This document shows positions 47,888-58,391 of a stretch of DNA of 64,000 bases, in pieces (the first letter of the stretch is position 1; each line of letters starts with the position of its first letter). Source of the DNA: an uncultured Planctomycetota bacterium (GTDB taxonomy: Bacteria; Planctomycetota; Phycisphaerae; Tepidisphaerales; Tepidisphaeraceae). A program made the translations under genes and the position numbers. The stretch is from contig CAWJEN010000003.1 of the NCBI GenBank assembly GCA_963841915.1, forward strand, positions 128,001-192,000, in the 5' to 3' direction. The notes beneath the pieces were generated by a model. The model was given only the letters and a program-made list of their open reading frames with translations. It did not search any database and was not told where the DNA came from.

Positions 47888-49195
47888 TCAGGTGAATTCG
47901 GGTGCGGGTCCGACTGCTTCGGGCGCACTACGCACTGCGCCGCCGCGGCCGCCCAGGGCGGTGTCGACGAGCGTCTCCACGCCTTGCCTGAACGCCTCGA
48001 ACGCGTAGTGCCGCCGGACGTGCAACGGACCGCTTCTTGCCAGCGACTGTCGCAGTTCATCATCACGCAGCAGCTTCACGACGGCATCGGCGAAGTCACC
48101 GTCTTCGTCAGCTGAAAGCACCGCGGCTGCGGCGAACGTGTTGCCGAGCAGCGGGGCGAAACCGCGTAACGCAGCAGGCGTCACAACCTGCGCCCGGCCC
48201 AGTGCCGCGGCTTCGACCACCTTGATCTTCGTCCCGCCGCCCCACCAGGACGGGGCGACTGTCACGGCCGCCTGCTCATACTCGACCCGCACGTCCTGGG
48301 CGAAGCCGATCGGCTCGATGCCGGGCACGATGGACCAGGCACCTCGCTGCTCGTCGCTCATGCCGCGACCAACGATGCGAAAACACGCGTCCGGCAGCGT
48401 CGCGTGGATCTGCGGCCAGATCTTGCAGACAAAACGGTCCAGACCCGACTTGTTCGGACCGTGCTGCAGGTCTCCGACAAACAGCACCCGTTGCCCGCCG
48501 GGATCACGCGGCAAAGGCTTGGGCACGTCGTCATCGGCGTCGGCGGCGGGAATGTTCGGCAGCGTCGTGGCGGCCATGCCGATCCGCGACAAAGCGGCTG
48601 CGTCCTCGTCGCAAGCAACCCATCGGCCCGCACACTCGCCTGACGCACGCTGCACCCGCTTCCGCACCGCCGACACGGCAATCTTCATCCCAAGCCTTCC
48701 GCCCAAACCAGGCCACGGCTCGGCAGCAAAACGCGACTGCATCGCCACCCAATCGATGTCATCAAAATCAAGCAGCACCGGCACGTCACCTGCCGACGCA
48801 GGCAGGCCGCATCGGCTCATCGTCCAGCCGTACCGCACGACGAGCAGGTCGTAGTCGCCACCGTCGAGGTGCGCCCGGATCTCGGCCACGACGTCCGGAT
48901 GGGCGCTGTACTCGTTGGCGTACTGACGGCCGAGCATGCGCATGGAGCCGATCGGTCCCGGCGCCCGCGACGTCGGCCGATCGTTGGCCGGTACGGGAAT
49001 GACAGCCGCGACATCGGCTTCGTCGGCGTGGGCGACAAGCTCGTCGTCGATGACGGCGGCAGGCATCACGGCCAGCGTCGTGACGTCGTGCCCGAGCTCG
49101 GTCAGGGCACGTCGGATGAGCGTCGTTCGCCTCCCGCCACCGTTGCGCTGCAACGGCCAAGGCAGGACGCTGGTGAGGTACAGAACGCGGGCCAT
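47888..49195 (-). CDS. GT4 glycosyltransferase
   Basis: PWP..NGG, FVGDL..PN, GGTKIKVVEA. Confidence 0.85.
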   Translation of the reverse strand: MARVLYLTSVLPWPLQRNGGGRRTTLIRRALTELGHDVTTLAVMPAAVIDDELVAHADEADVAAVIPVPANDRPTSRAPGPIGSMRMLGRQYANEYSAHPDVVAEIRAHLDGGDYDLLVVRYGWTMSRCGLPASAGDVPVLLDFDDIDWVAMQSRFAAEPWPGLGGRLGMKIAVSAVRKRVQRASGECAGRWVACDEDAAALSRIGMAATTLPNIPAADADDDVPKPLPRDPGGQRVLFVGDLQHGPNKSGLDRFVCKIWPQIHATLPDACFRIVGRGMSDEQRGAWSIVPGIEPIGFAQDVRVEYEQAAVTVAPSWWGGGTKIKVVEAAALGRAQVVTPAALRGFAPLLGNTFAAAAVLSADEDGDFADAVVKLLRDDELRQSLARSGPLHVRRHYAFEAFRQGVETLVDTALGGRGGAVRSAPEAVGPAPEFT

Positions 49196-49202
49196 GTAGC
49201 GT

Positions 49203-50225
49203 TTACGCCGCGCGGGCAGTTGGTTCGGGCAGATCGGCTTCGAGTGCGTGAGGGGCGTCGCGGTCGGCCGGCTCTGGCACGTGCTTCAGCACGCTGGCGT
49301 AGAGCAGCGACCACGATCGCATGTCGAGCGGACGACGTTGCACCGCCCGCACACCATACGATATGGCCGTCTGACGCTCGGCGCTGTTGAAAGCCCACCA
49401 GCCGTACGTGAGCATGAACTGATACTTGGCGTCCTCACCCGTCGGTCGCCACGCGGGCGGCGGGCGGAACGTCCGCGTCAGCCCCCGCCGCTCATAGGCA
49501 CGCTCACACGCGATGCGAATTCGATCCGCCTGCTCGACGGCCCGTTGCTCGCTGACGCTCTTCTCGTGCTGGCGGTAGCGGAGCACCGGGTGCCGCACAC
49601 ACGCCGTACGCCCGCGCTCACCCAGACGCAGCCACAGGTCGATGTCTTCTGCCCACTCCAGTGCTTCGTCGTACCCACCGACGGCGTAGACGGCACTGCG
49701 TCGCATCACCACCGTCGGGTGACCGATGGGCGTCTGGCCGTCGAGACACATCGCCTGCAGCGCTGCGTTGTCTTCGGGTGGCCAGTGCCTGCGGAGCATG
49801 CGGCCGTTGGAGTCGGTCAGGTCGTACGCGCCACCGATGACAAGCACGTCCCGCCGCCGCCTCATCGCCTCGACCTGGACGGCGAATCGGTCGGCGTAGG
49901 CGACATCGTCTGCGTCCATCCGCGCCACAAGCTCGCTACGACAGGCGGCCAGTCCAAAATTGAGCGACCGTACCACGCCACCCTTGGGTCGGCGGTAAAC
50001 GCGCAGCCGTTCGTCCTTCCGCTCGTACTCCCGCAGGATGTCGGCACTGCTGTCGCTGGAGTTGTCGTCGATGATGACGAACTCAAAGTCTGCAAAGCTC
50101 TGCGCCAGGATGGAGTCGATCGCCTCGCCGAGGAACTCCTCGCCGTTGTGAACCGGCATCAACACCGACAAAGGCGGGGCGGCCTTTGTCGCGATCATCG
50201 GAGCGTCGCTGCTGGTCAAGTTCAT
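49203..50225 (-). CDS. GT2 glycosyltransferase
   Basis: SVLMPVHN, IDDNS, ARMDADD, AEDIDLWLR. Confidence 0.9.
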   Translation of the reverse strand: MNLTSSDAPMIATKAAPPLSVLMPVHNGEEFLGEAIDSILAQSFADFEFVIIDDNSSDSSADILREYERKDERLRVYRRPKGGVVRSLNFGLAACRSELVARMDADDVAYADRFAVQVEAMRRRRDVLVIGGAYDLTDSNGRMLRRHWPPEDNAALQAMCLDGQTPIGHPTVVMRRSAVYAVGGYDEALEWAEDIDLWLRLGERGRTACVRHPVLRYRQHEKSVSEQRAVEQADRIRIACERAYERRGLTRTFRPPPAWRPTGEDAKYQFMLTYGWWAFNSAERQTAISYGVRAVQRRPLDMRSWSLLYASVLKHVPEPADRDAPHALEADLPEPTARAA

Positions 50226-50421
50226 CGTAAGCACCCGGTTCCTGCTCCTGGAGACGCGCGTGCGTCTCTCCTGAGGGTACTTCGGATGGTGACCCGGGGG
50301 AAAGGGACCAACCCGCAGGTTATCGGGTCGCCGGGGCGCGTCCGCGTCGCAGCAGGTGGAAGCGTCCAGGAAGCCGCATCTTCTCCCGCAGGAGAATTGG
50401 TGGCTGTCTACCAATGCCACT

Positions 50422-52383
50422 TCACCGGCCGCGAACAGCAGAGGCGAGCAAACGCCACGACGACGACCGCAGCGGCTGGCGGCGGACGAGGCCCATCGCA
50501 TGAACACGGGCCGCATCGACGCGCCCGTCCTTCAACGCTCGCCAGCCCCACTCGCACAGCAATTTGTCTTCAGGCTCAGGCAACCAGCCGTCGAGGGCGT
50601 CTGGATCAGACTCGCCTAACGCGCGACGCTCGTACGCCTCATTGACGATCCGCGGCTTGACGGCAAGCTGCCGATCACGCTGTGTCCGCGTGATCGAGTC
50701 GAAGTGTTGTCGGTAGTCGAGCACGACGTCGTCGAGGTTCGCGACGCGGCCGAATTCGGCCAGGCGGAGCCACAGGTCGAGGTCTTCGCTCGGATACGCC
50801 CAGCCACGGTAACCACCGACGGCGTCGAAGGCTTCTCGACGCATGATGGTCGCCGGGTGAGGCAACGTGCCGCCACGACCGGCGAGCAGGTCGGCGTCGA
50901 TGGCGTCGTGCGTCGTCGGAAAGCTGCTCGACGCGTACGGGTGACCCAGCGGGTCGACCCAACGCACCTGCCCGCCCAACGCGACCAGCGACGGGTCACG
51001 GCGAATGCGGGCGACCTGCTTTTCGAGACGCTCGGGATGACAGATGTCGTCGGCGTCCATGCGAGCCAGCAGGCGGCCTCGGGCACGGGTGGCCATGTCG
51101 TTGAGGCTCGCAACCAGCCCACCCTCGGCATTTCTCGGGCGATGCGTGAGCTTGATACGGACGTCGTCACTGGCCAGCAGTTCGAGGCGGCGGCCGGTGT
51201 CGTCGGTCGAGCCGTCGTCGACGATGAGCAACTCGAAGTCGCGGAACGTCTGGTTCAGCACGCTGCGGACGGCCTGATCGACGTAGCGGCCGGCGTTCCG
51301 GGCGGGCAGCAGCACGCTGACCAGCGGTGGTGTGTCCTGCTCGACGTGGACGCGGCAGTGCGTCCGGCTGCCGTGAAAGGCACGGCGGAAGGCGGGCGGC
51401 CACGAGAACTCGACACGATCGAGCTTGAGCCGGTTGAACCACTCTCTGCGGCCGCTTTTGTGGAAGGCCCAGCCTTCTGCGAACTGCCTGGGCGAGATCA
51501 GACCGAACTCGCGCCAGACGCGTTTCCAGTACTGACGTGCCTCGCCGTAGGAGGCCTTATCGCCCAGGCCGCGGCAAGCGTGCCACATGAGTCCCGCGAC
51601 GAGTTGGCGACGATCTGCATTCATCTTCCCTGCTTTATCGACGGCCTGCCAGACTCGCACCACTGTGCCTGCCCAGCTTCTGGCGTGCGCGGCCCCCGTT
51701 CCGTGGACGGCCGCGGCCTTGCCGATGCTGCTGCGATCACCCGAGGGCAACCGCCAGCCGCAATCGACAAGGTCAGGCAGTGTTACGTGTCTGAGTCCCG
51801 CTGCCAAGGCGCGGGTCGAAAACTCCCAGTCTTGCCCGCTCAACGCCTGCTCGTCCCACGCGCCGATGCGGTCGAGCGCCTCGCGTCGCCACGTGGGGCC
51901 GGTTGTTTGCCACACCGGATCGCGGGCGAGATAGCGATCGAGATCTCCGGACGGATCACCGAAGCGGTTCCAGGCCAGCGTCGTATCGCCGATCGTGTCG
52001 CGGAACAGGCCGCACTGACTGACAGCAAAGTCGACGTCGGGCCGGCTGTCCATGAAGTCGATTCGCTGCTCGATGCACGTCGGCGTCAGCAGGTCGTCGC
52101 TGTCGAGGAAGACAACGTACCGCCCGCGGGCAAGCTCGACTCCGACATTGCGAGCCGCAGACGCGCCGGCACGACGTTCTGGAAGGGCGACAAATCGAAC
52201 CTGGTCTACAGGTAGCTGCTGCCCTACAAACGACGCAACGACCTCTTCGGTGTCGTCCACGCTCACGTCGTCGACGACGATGGCTTCCCAGTCGACAGAT
52301 GTCTGAGCTGCGAGTGAGGCCAGCGTCTCACGCAGCAAGGCGGCGCGATTCTTGGTCGGGATAACGACGCTGACGGCTGGCAC
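50422..52383 (-). CDS. Tandem double-GT2 glycosyltransferase
   Basis: Two GT-A domains: SVVIPT..FLDSDD..QDWE and SVLLPA..RMDADD..SEDLD. Confidence 0.88.
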   Translation of the reverse strand: MPAVSVVIPTKNRAALLRETLASLAAQTSVDWEAIVVDDVSVDDTEEVVASFVGQQLPVDQVRFVALPERRAGASAARNVGVELARGRYVVFLDSDDLLTPTCIEQRIDFMDSRPDVDFAVSQCGLFRDTIGDTTLAWNRFGDPSGDLDRYLARDPVWQTTGPTWRREALDRIGAWDEQALSGQDWEFSTRALAAGLRHVTLPDLVDCGWRLPSGDRSSIGKAAAVHGTGAAHARSWAGTVVRVWQAVDKAGKMNADRRQLVAGLMWHACRGLGDKASYGEARQYWKRVWREFGLISPRQFAEGWAFHKSGRREWFNRLKLDRVEFSWPPAFRRAFHGSRTHCRVHVEQDTPPLVSVLLPARNAGRYVDQAVRSVLNQTFRDFELLIVDDGSTDDTGRRLELLASDDVRIKLTHRPRNAEGGLVASLNDMATRARGRLLARMDADDICHPERLEKQVARIRRDPSLVALGGQVRWVDPLGHPYASSSFPTTHDAIDADLLAGRGGTLPHPATIMRREAFDAVGGYRGWAYPSEDLDLWLRLAEFGRVANLDDVVLDYRQHFDSITRTQRDRQLAVKPRIVNEAYERRALGESDPDALDGWLPEPEDKLLCEWGWRALKDGRVDAARVHAMGLVRRQPLRSSSWRLLASAVRGR

Positions 52384-52400
52384 AACGTGGTCGTCAGGGT

Positions 52401-53725
52401 TCAGGCGGCCTCCCGCCACTCAGCAGGTAGTACGACGACCGCCTGCTTGTTGTTGGGCACTTTGCCCGTGCCGAGCAAATCACTGAACGTGACCTCCAGG
52501 TCTGCCGCCCGCTCGACGCGCTCAAGGATGGTAAAGCCGTCGGCTGCAACGAGCTCGATGTGGTACGTCCCGGCGCGAGCGGCAAGCTCGGCACGTGGCA
52601 GATAAGCTTCTTCTCAGCAGAACCTCGCATGATGAGGTTTGCGTTGTACTCGCTGTGAAAGAGGGCGACGCGCTGCCCGCGGCCGTTGAGCAGGGCCAGG
52701 CCGCACGTGATGTTGCCGGGCTGGTCGAAGTCCTTCATACCGATCTCGAAGGTCACGCCGCGACCGGTCGGCACGACGGCCTGCTGCTTGCCGTGCTCGT
52801 CGATGATCTTGAGATCATGAAAGATCGGCGGCCTCGTTTTGTCCTGTGTCCGCGGACGATCGACCAGGGCAATGCCTGCCTCCTGCTCACGGGCGCCGAG
52901 ATACTGGGCAATACCGGCTTCGGTGTCCATGCGTTCACCCGCTCTGCCGCCGTCGACGACCATCACACTCTGGCACAGGCTGGCGACGGCGTCCATCTGG
53001 TGGCTGACGAAGAGGACGGTGCGGCCTTCCTTGACCACGTCGCTCATCTTGCCAAGGCACTTCTTCTGGAACGCAGCGTCACCGACGGCGAGTACCTCGT
53101 CGACGATCATGATCTGTGGATCAAGGTGCGCTGCGACGCTGAAGGCCAGCCGGACGTACATGCCGCTGGAGTAACGCTTAACGGGCGTGTCGAGGAAGCG
53201 TCCGACCTCGCTGAACTCGACGATGTCATCGAACTTTCGCTTGATTTCCTCGCGTCTCATGCCGAGGATCGCGCCGTTGAGGTAGACGTTCTCGCGGCCG
53301 GTGAGTTCGGGGTGGAAGCCGGTTCCGACTTCGAGGAGCGAGGAGATGCGGCCGCGCATGGTGACGCGTCCACCGGTGGGGTCGACGATGCGGGAGAGCA
53401 CTTTGAGGAGTGTGCTCTTGCCGGCGCCGTTGCGGCCGATGATGCCGACGGTTTCGCCGGCACCGACTTCGAAGTTGACGTCTTTGAGGGCCCAGAACGT
53501 GTCACCCTCGCCGCGGCCGACCTGGTCGTCGACGAAGTCTTCGCTGAGCCGCCTGCGTGTGTCGCGGATGGAGCCGGTGACGACGCGGGCAGGCTTTTTG
53601 AGCCAGTCGCCGAGTGACTTGACGAGCGTGTTGTCACCGCCGATGGCATTGCGACGGGCCGACGCGTCGGCGAGGCCGATGCGATAGGCCTTTGAGAGAT
53701 TGTCGACGCTGACGGCGGGGAGCAT
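52401..53725 (-). CDS. wzt: Wzt polysaccharide ABC transporter ATPase with C-terminal domain; apparent 1-nt frameshift near 52570
   Basis: GRNGAGKST, LLEVGTGFHPEL, YSSGM, DEVLAVGD; the natural-looking C-terminus continues in another frame to TGA at 52401. Confidence 0.85.
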
Positions 53726-53734
53726 GACGAAAGT

Positions 53735-54661
53735 TCAGGCGATATCGGCGAATCGACGCTCGACGCCGCGGAAGTAGGCGATGCCGACGACGAAGATGAT
53801 CGGGCACAGAATCAGGCTGCCGGCGATGAGCTCCCATCGCCAGGGCATGCCGCAGATGGCGCTCTGCCACGCACTGACGATGCCGGCGTACGGGTTGAAG
53901 GCCGCGATCCAGACGTGCTCGCCGAGCACCTTGTCGATCGGCACGACGACGGCACTGAGCCACAGACCGAATTGCGTCAGAAACGGAATCAGGAAGCGAA
54001 TGTCGCGGTACAGCACCGTCAGGCCGCTCAGCAGGATGGCCGAGCCGGCACCGGCGATGAACGTCAGCGGAATCAGCAGCGGGATGGCCAGCAAGTCGAG
54101 TGTCGGCGTGTAGTCGCCTCGGGCCCAGAAGAAGACACCAAATCCGAGCGCGACGAGCAGGGCGACGAGCGTGTCGACCATCGCCGTGCCGCAGGAGGCA
54201 ACCGGGATAAAGATCCGCGGCATGTAGATTTTGCTAAGCAGATGCTGGTTGTAGACCAGCGACAGCCCGCCATCTGAGATTGACTTCTGGATAAAGCTCC
54301 ATGGCGTCATGCCGGCCGCGACGATCAGCAGCCACGGCACCTTCACGTCTTCACCGAACCCGACGGCCGAGCCGAACATGCCGTAGATGAGCGTGCTGAC
54401 CAGCGGCACCATCACCGCCCAGGCGATCCCAAGGGCGGCCATCTTGTAGCGGACCTTCACGTCGCGCCAGACCAGAAAATAGAGCAATTCCCGGAACTTC
54501 AGCAGCTCGGCGAAAAACGACTTGTCGAGTACGACGCCAAGGCCTCTGCCGCGACGCGGCTCGATGACGAGCACCTCGCGGTCATCGCGTTCGACGGCAT
54601 CGGCTCGAGGATCTTCGCTCAGCATGGCCATACGAGGATCAACAGAGGCGGCGGACGACAC
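53735..54661 (-). CDS. wzm: Wzm polysaccharide ABC transporter permease
   Basis: RELLYFLVWRDVKVRYK, KIYMPR, YRD, NP, ERRFADI. Confidence 0.9.
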   Translation of the reverse strand: MSSAASVDPRMAMLSEDPRADAVERDDREVLVIEPRRGRGLGVVLDKSFFAELLKFRELLYFLVWRDVKVRYKMAALGIAWAVMVPLVSTLIYGMFGSAVGFGEDVKVPWLLIVAAGMTPWSFIQKSISDGGLSLVYNQHLLSKIYMPRIFIPVASCGTAMVDTLVALLVALGFGVFFWARGDYTPTLDLLAIPLLIPLTFIAGAGSAILLSGLTVLYRDIRFLIPFLTQFGLWLSAVVVPIDKVLGEHVWIAAFNPYAGIVSAWQSAICGMPWRWELIAGSLILCPIIFVVGIAYFRGVERRFADIA

Positions 54662-54724
54662 AGTCAGCGTATCGGCATGATCCGACGACCGCTGTAACTC
54701 ACAACGCTTCGGACGCGTGCCGCG

Positions 54725-55972
54725 TCAATACGCTCGGTAAATGCGCGTCTCCGGATAGCTCCGCGTCACGATATTCGTGTAGTCGGCACCGGCCTTGGCC
54801 ATGCCTTCGGCTGACCATTGGCACATGCCCACGCCGTGACCCCAGCCATGACCGTCTGCCAGCACGACGTTGTCGGCGTTATTGATCGGCCGGAACCAGC
54901 CGCTGTAGACCGTGCTACCGGCCGAGGCGTCGGTGTTGATCGACCAGCGAATCTCTTCAGGGTTCAGCGGGAACTTTCGACCGACCGCGTCGATCACCTC
55001 GTACTGCGTCGGCCGCCCGAAGGCGTTGCGGCTGAGTACGTTGAGCTGATTCAGCTTCGACATGCGGCGGATTTCGTGCCCGTTGCGCTCGCCCCACAGG
55101 CGAATGCGTCGCGTCAGCTCGTCCTTCTTGAGGACGATCGGGTCCCAATTGAATCGCTTGGACGCACGCCCGAAGTCGCCGAGCGACTGCGCCGAGAGGG
55201 CGGGCGTCTCCTTTTCGCCGAAGATGAGCTGGCCGTCGAGGGTGACGCCGCCGCTCGTCGAGTGGAAGTAGGCTTTGAAGATGCGTGGCCCTTCGTCGGT
55301 TTCGTGCGTCACCACCTCGCCGCTGGTCCGCATGACGGCCCGCCTGCCGCGGTCGGTCTCTGCTAACGCGCCGCCGTAGACCTGGCTGCGGGTATCGTCG
55401 TAGACGTCGAAGAATCCGCGTGCGTCGCCTGCTGTCTTGACTTCGTAGAGCGCGTAGGTGCGTGCGACGACCGCCTGGGCCTCGTGCGACGCCTCGCTCC
55501 AGTGGCCGGGAATCTCGCCCGGTAGCACGCCCGCAAGGTAGTCTTCAACGCCAAGATCATTGACGACATCGAAGTTGCCACTGCCACGCGAAATCAAACG
55601 CAGCTTGCCGCGGTAGGCCCGGTCACCGAACTTCATGACCCCACCGTCTTCGGCACCGATCGTCAGCACGTCACCCTCGAAGCGGCCGTCTCCGATTCGC
55701 CAGCCGGCTGCGTCTCGTGTCAGCCGCACGAGGCCGGGCGGGAACGTCGCCCGCACGGCACCGCGGCCTTCGATACCGTCGATGATCACCGGGCCGCCGC
55801 TTCCGATGGCGGCTTCTGTCAGACCCTGGCCCAGCAGGACGCGGATGAGCGGATCTGCCGTCGTGTCCGCAGTGCCCGCCGACACATCTGCCGTGCCGCA
55901 TCCGCTGAGGGACAAGCCGCCGATGGCGAGGCTGCTGAAGGCAAGAGTGTGGAGAAGGTGCTTGAGCCGCAT
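54725..55972 (-). CDS. SpoIID/LytB-domain lipoprotein (peptidoglycan lytic transglycosylase-like)
   Basis: Lipobox LSGC, YRG, EDYLAGV..E, AQAVVARTYA, SQVY, GWGHGVGMCQW. Confidence 0.9.
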   Translation of the reverse strand: MRLKHLLHTLAFSSLAIGGLSLSGCGTADVSAGTADTTADPLIRVLLGQGLTEAAIGSGGPVIIDGIEGRGAVRATFPPGLVRLTRDAAGWRIGDGRFEGDVLTIGAEDGGVMKFGDRAYRGKLRLISRGSGNFDVVNDLGVEDYLAGVLPGEIPGHWSEASHEAQAVVARTYALYEVKTAGDARGFFDVYDDTRSQVYGGALAETDRGRRAVMRTSGEVVTHETDEGPRIFKAYFHSTSGGVTLDGQLIFGEKETPALSAQSLGDFGRASKRFNWDPIVLKKDELTRRIRLWGERNGHEIRRMSKLNQLNVLSRNAFGRPTQYEVIDAVGRKFPLNPEEIRWSINTDASAGSTVYSGWFRPINNADNVVLADGHGWGHGVGMCQWSAEGMAKAGADYTNIVTRSYPETRIYRAY

Positions 55973-56073
55973 GATCCGTCGTGCGTGGGTCGGCGAGGAA
56001 GTTGCTTGGAGGGAACCGGTGGCATCGTGTCGACGCCGGCCGCAGTATCACCGGGCCAAGCGTAACCTTCAAG

Positions 56074-57108
56074 ATGCGCCGGCTCGCCATCACCTTGACG
56101 CTCGTGCTCTCGTCGGTCGCGACAGCCGATCCCACGCTCGTCAACCCCGACCTGACGGTCGAAGAACGCCTCGTTGAGGCTGAGAAATTCGTGACCAACG
56201 AGCTGGCGGAGGGCGTCCTGCAGGAAGGTCGGCCGCTCACCGTAAGCATCGTGGACGGCACAATGACGCTGGTTGCCCCGGACAACGCTGTGCCGCGAGC
56301 GACGTACAACCTGCCCGGCGGGACCGCGATTTTGCGGGTGAACTTGCGCGGATTTAACCTTCGTCTGCCCACCGCCGGTTCGCTGGCTGCGGTCGAGGCG
56401 GGTACGGAGCCGATTGTCCGCTACATCAACGTGTTCAGTCGGCCCGACGGGTACAACATCTCCAGCGACGCAGACTTCGTCGACGCATCGGTCAACATCG
56501 ACCTCATGCGGCAGGGCGGCATGATGAACATGGAAGGAAAGACGACGGTGACGCTGCGGGCGACCCGCTCCAACTTCGACGGCACGTCGAAGATGATCGA
56601 GGTGACCGAGGACGACCTCGTTTCGCTCCGCCGAAAGCACCGCGACGTGTTCGATGAGTGGGCACTGCCGATATTCGTGGCAATCGGCATCGATGACGTG
56701 CTGGCGGCTGAGGTGCGGGCAACCGCTATAGCAGTTTTCCTACCGTTCATCGAGACGGACGAGGCGACCACGCAGCAGGTGCTTCAGGCGATAACGGGTT
56801 TGGATGCAGCCGACTTTGCCGATCGATCAGCCGCCGGGCGTGCGTTGTCGGAGACCGGCATCACCGGTGCCGCCGCCGTCAGCCGGATGTTGGCCGACAA
56901 AGCGTTCAAGCTGACGGACGAACAGCGGGCGGCGCTGACGAACTTCGTCGAGAAGTTCGAGGTACTGCCACCCGAGGAGGCGGCGAGGCTCGCGGCCGAC
57001 CCGACTTTCCTGAGTGACGTACAGGCATTGGACGGCGAGCCACACGACAACGTCCTCGTCGAGGCCGCCCGTGTTGCACGACAGCGTCTTCGCGACGCAG
57101 CAGAGTGA
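56074..57108 (+). CDS. Secreted hypothetical protein
   Basis: Signal peptide MRRLAITL; C-terminal HEAT-like LDAADFADRSAA. Confidence 0.65.
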   Translation: MRRLAITLTLVLSSVATADPTLVNPDLTVEERLVEAEKFVTNELAEGVLQEGRPLTVSIVDGTMTLVAPDNAVPRATYNLPGGTAILRVNLRGFNLRLPTAGSLAAVEAGTEPIVRYINVFSRPDGYNISSDADFVDASVNIDLMRQGGMMNMEGKTTVTLRATRSNFDGTSKMIEVTEDDLVSLRRKHRDVFDEWALPIFVAIGIDDVLAAEVRATAIAVFLPFIETDEATTQQVLQAITGLDAADFADRSAAGRALSETGITGAAAVSRMLADKAFKLTDEQRAALTNFVEKFEVLPPEEAARLAADPTFLSDVQALDGEPHDNVLVEAARVARQRLRDAAE

Positions 57109-57110
57109 GG

Positions 57111-58319
57111 CTACTTGGTGAACCGCACCGGCAGGCCGACGCGTCCGTCTGCATCGCACTCGATGTCGAGCAGTCGCTTGCCCCGCGTGTCGTCGGCAAT
57201 CTTCAGGGCACGAAGCACGCGACGCCTCAACTCGAGCCGCACGCGATCAATTTCGGTCGGCGACCCGTTGTCGAGTCGGATGACGCCGCCCGCCTTGGTG
57301 CGGTGACCGCCGCCCTCGCCGATGCCGCTGATGGCTTTGCGCATGATCTCGCCGGCCGACAGGTCCAGCTTTCCGGCACGCCCGCTGATGACGAGTCGGT
57401 CTGGCTTGTCCTTGTCGGCGACCCCGGCCGTCGCGGTTACGATCACCCAGTCGACGCCGTCGTACCGGAGCAGAAAGTCGGCAATCACGGCCGGTTTCTC
57501 AAGGAACTCGATCGGCCCCAGGTGGGCGAACATGACACGCTCGTACATCTGCGCGTCGGCCAAAGCGTTGGCGTAGCTGACAAAGTAGTGCTGCGGCAGC
57601 TCGACGTGCCGCATGCGGTACAAACGCCGCGTGTCGGCCCGCACGGTCAGCGTCGACAGCGCAAGATTATCCAAATCACTCGGCTGCCCGGCAGCACCGG
57701 CGAGATCACTTTCAATCGCGTAGACCATCGTCGCCGCCAGGGCTGGTGATGGCTCGATGTCGAGCTCCATGAAGTAGGAGAAGACGATGCTGGCCGTCGC
57801 ACCGACGTCGGTGCGGATGTCGACGAACTCGGCTGTCGGCTTTCGGCCGCGGGCGCGGTGGTGGTCGATGATGACCGTCGGCGCCACGTTCTCCGGCAGC
57901 GGCGAGTTGCGGAAGGTCGGCTGCACGTCGCACAGCACGATCGCGTCGTAGCCACGCGAATGGTTCGGGTCGGTCAGTCGAGCGTCATCCCATGCCGTCA
58001 GGTCGAGCTGTGCATTTTTGGTGAACGCGTCGTTGATGCCGCCTGCCGACTCACCGATGACAGCCACGTCGACATCCGGCCGATCGGGACCCTTTTCGCC
58101 CGCCAAATCGGCCAGCTTCTCCTGGAGCAGATGGCGTAGTGCGACGACCGACCCGAGCGCGTCAGGATCGGGGTGGCGGTGGCAGGTGACCAGAATGCGC
58201 CGCTTGCCGCGAAGGACAGACAACAGCTTTCTCGCCTTCGGCCGGCCACGTTGCCCCTTGGCAGTGAGCTTGGCGGCGTCTTCGACAGAGTCGACGAGGT
58301 TTTCAACAAACTGCGTCAA
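57111..58319 (-). CDS. DHH/DHHA1 phosphoesterase (NrnA-like)
   Basis: HRHPDPDALGS, IIDHH, GGGH. Confidence 0.88.
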   Translation of the reverse strand: MTQFVENLVDSVEDAAKLTAKGQRGRPKARKLLSVLRGKRRILVTCHRHPDPDALGSVVALRHLLQEKLADLAGEKGPDRPDVDVAVIGESAGGINDAFTKNAQLDLTAWDDARLTDPNHSRGYDAIVLCDVQPTFRNSPLPENVAPTVIIDHHRARGRKPTAEFVDIRTDVGATASIVFSYFMELDIEPSPALAATMVYAIESDLAGAAGQPSDLDNLALSTLTVRADTRRLYRMRHVELPQHYFVSYANALADAQMYERVMFAHLGPIEFLEKPAVIADFLLRYDGVDWVIVTATAGVADKDKPDRLVISGRAGKLDLSAGEIMRKAISGIGEGGGHRTKAGGVIRLDNGSPTEIDRVRLELRRRVLRALKIADDTRGKRLLDIECDADGRVGLPVRFTK

Positions 58320-58391
58320 GAGCGGGACGAGGGTAGGCCGACGCGACCGCGTGACGCAGCGGGACCTGCGACGATGTCACTAGGCTGCCCC

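Noticed and set aside
50704..52215. 503 aa plus-strand ORF (also 49248-50645, 9772-11091, 22838-24136)
   Set aside because: Antisense to well-supported genes; no independent evidence
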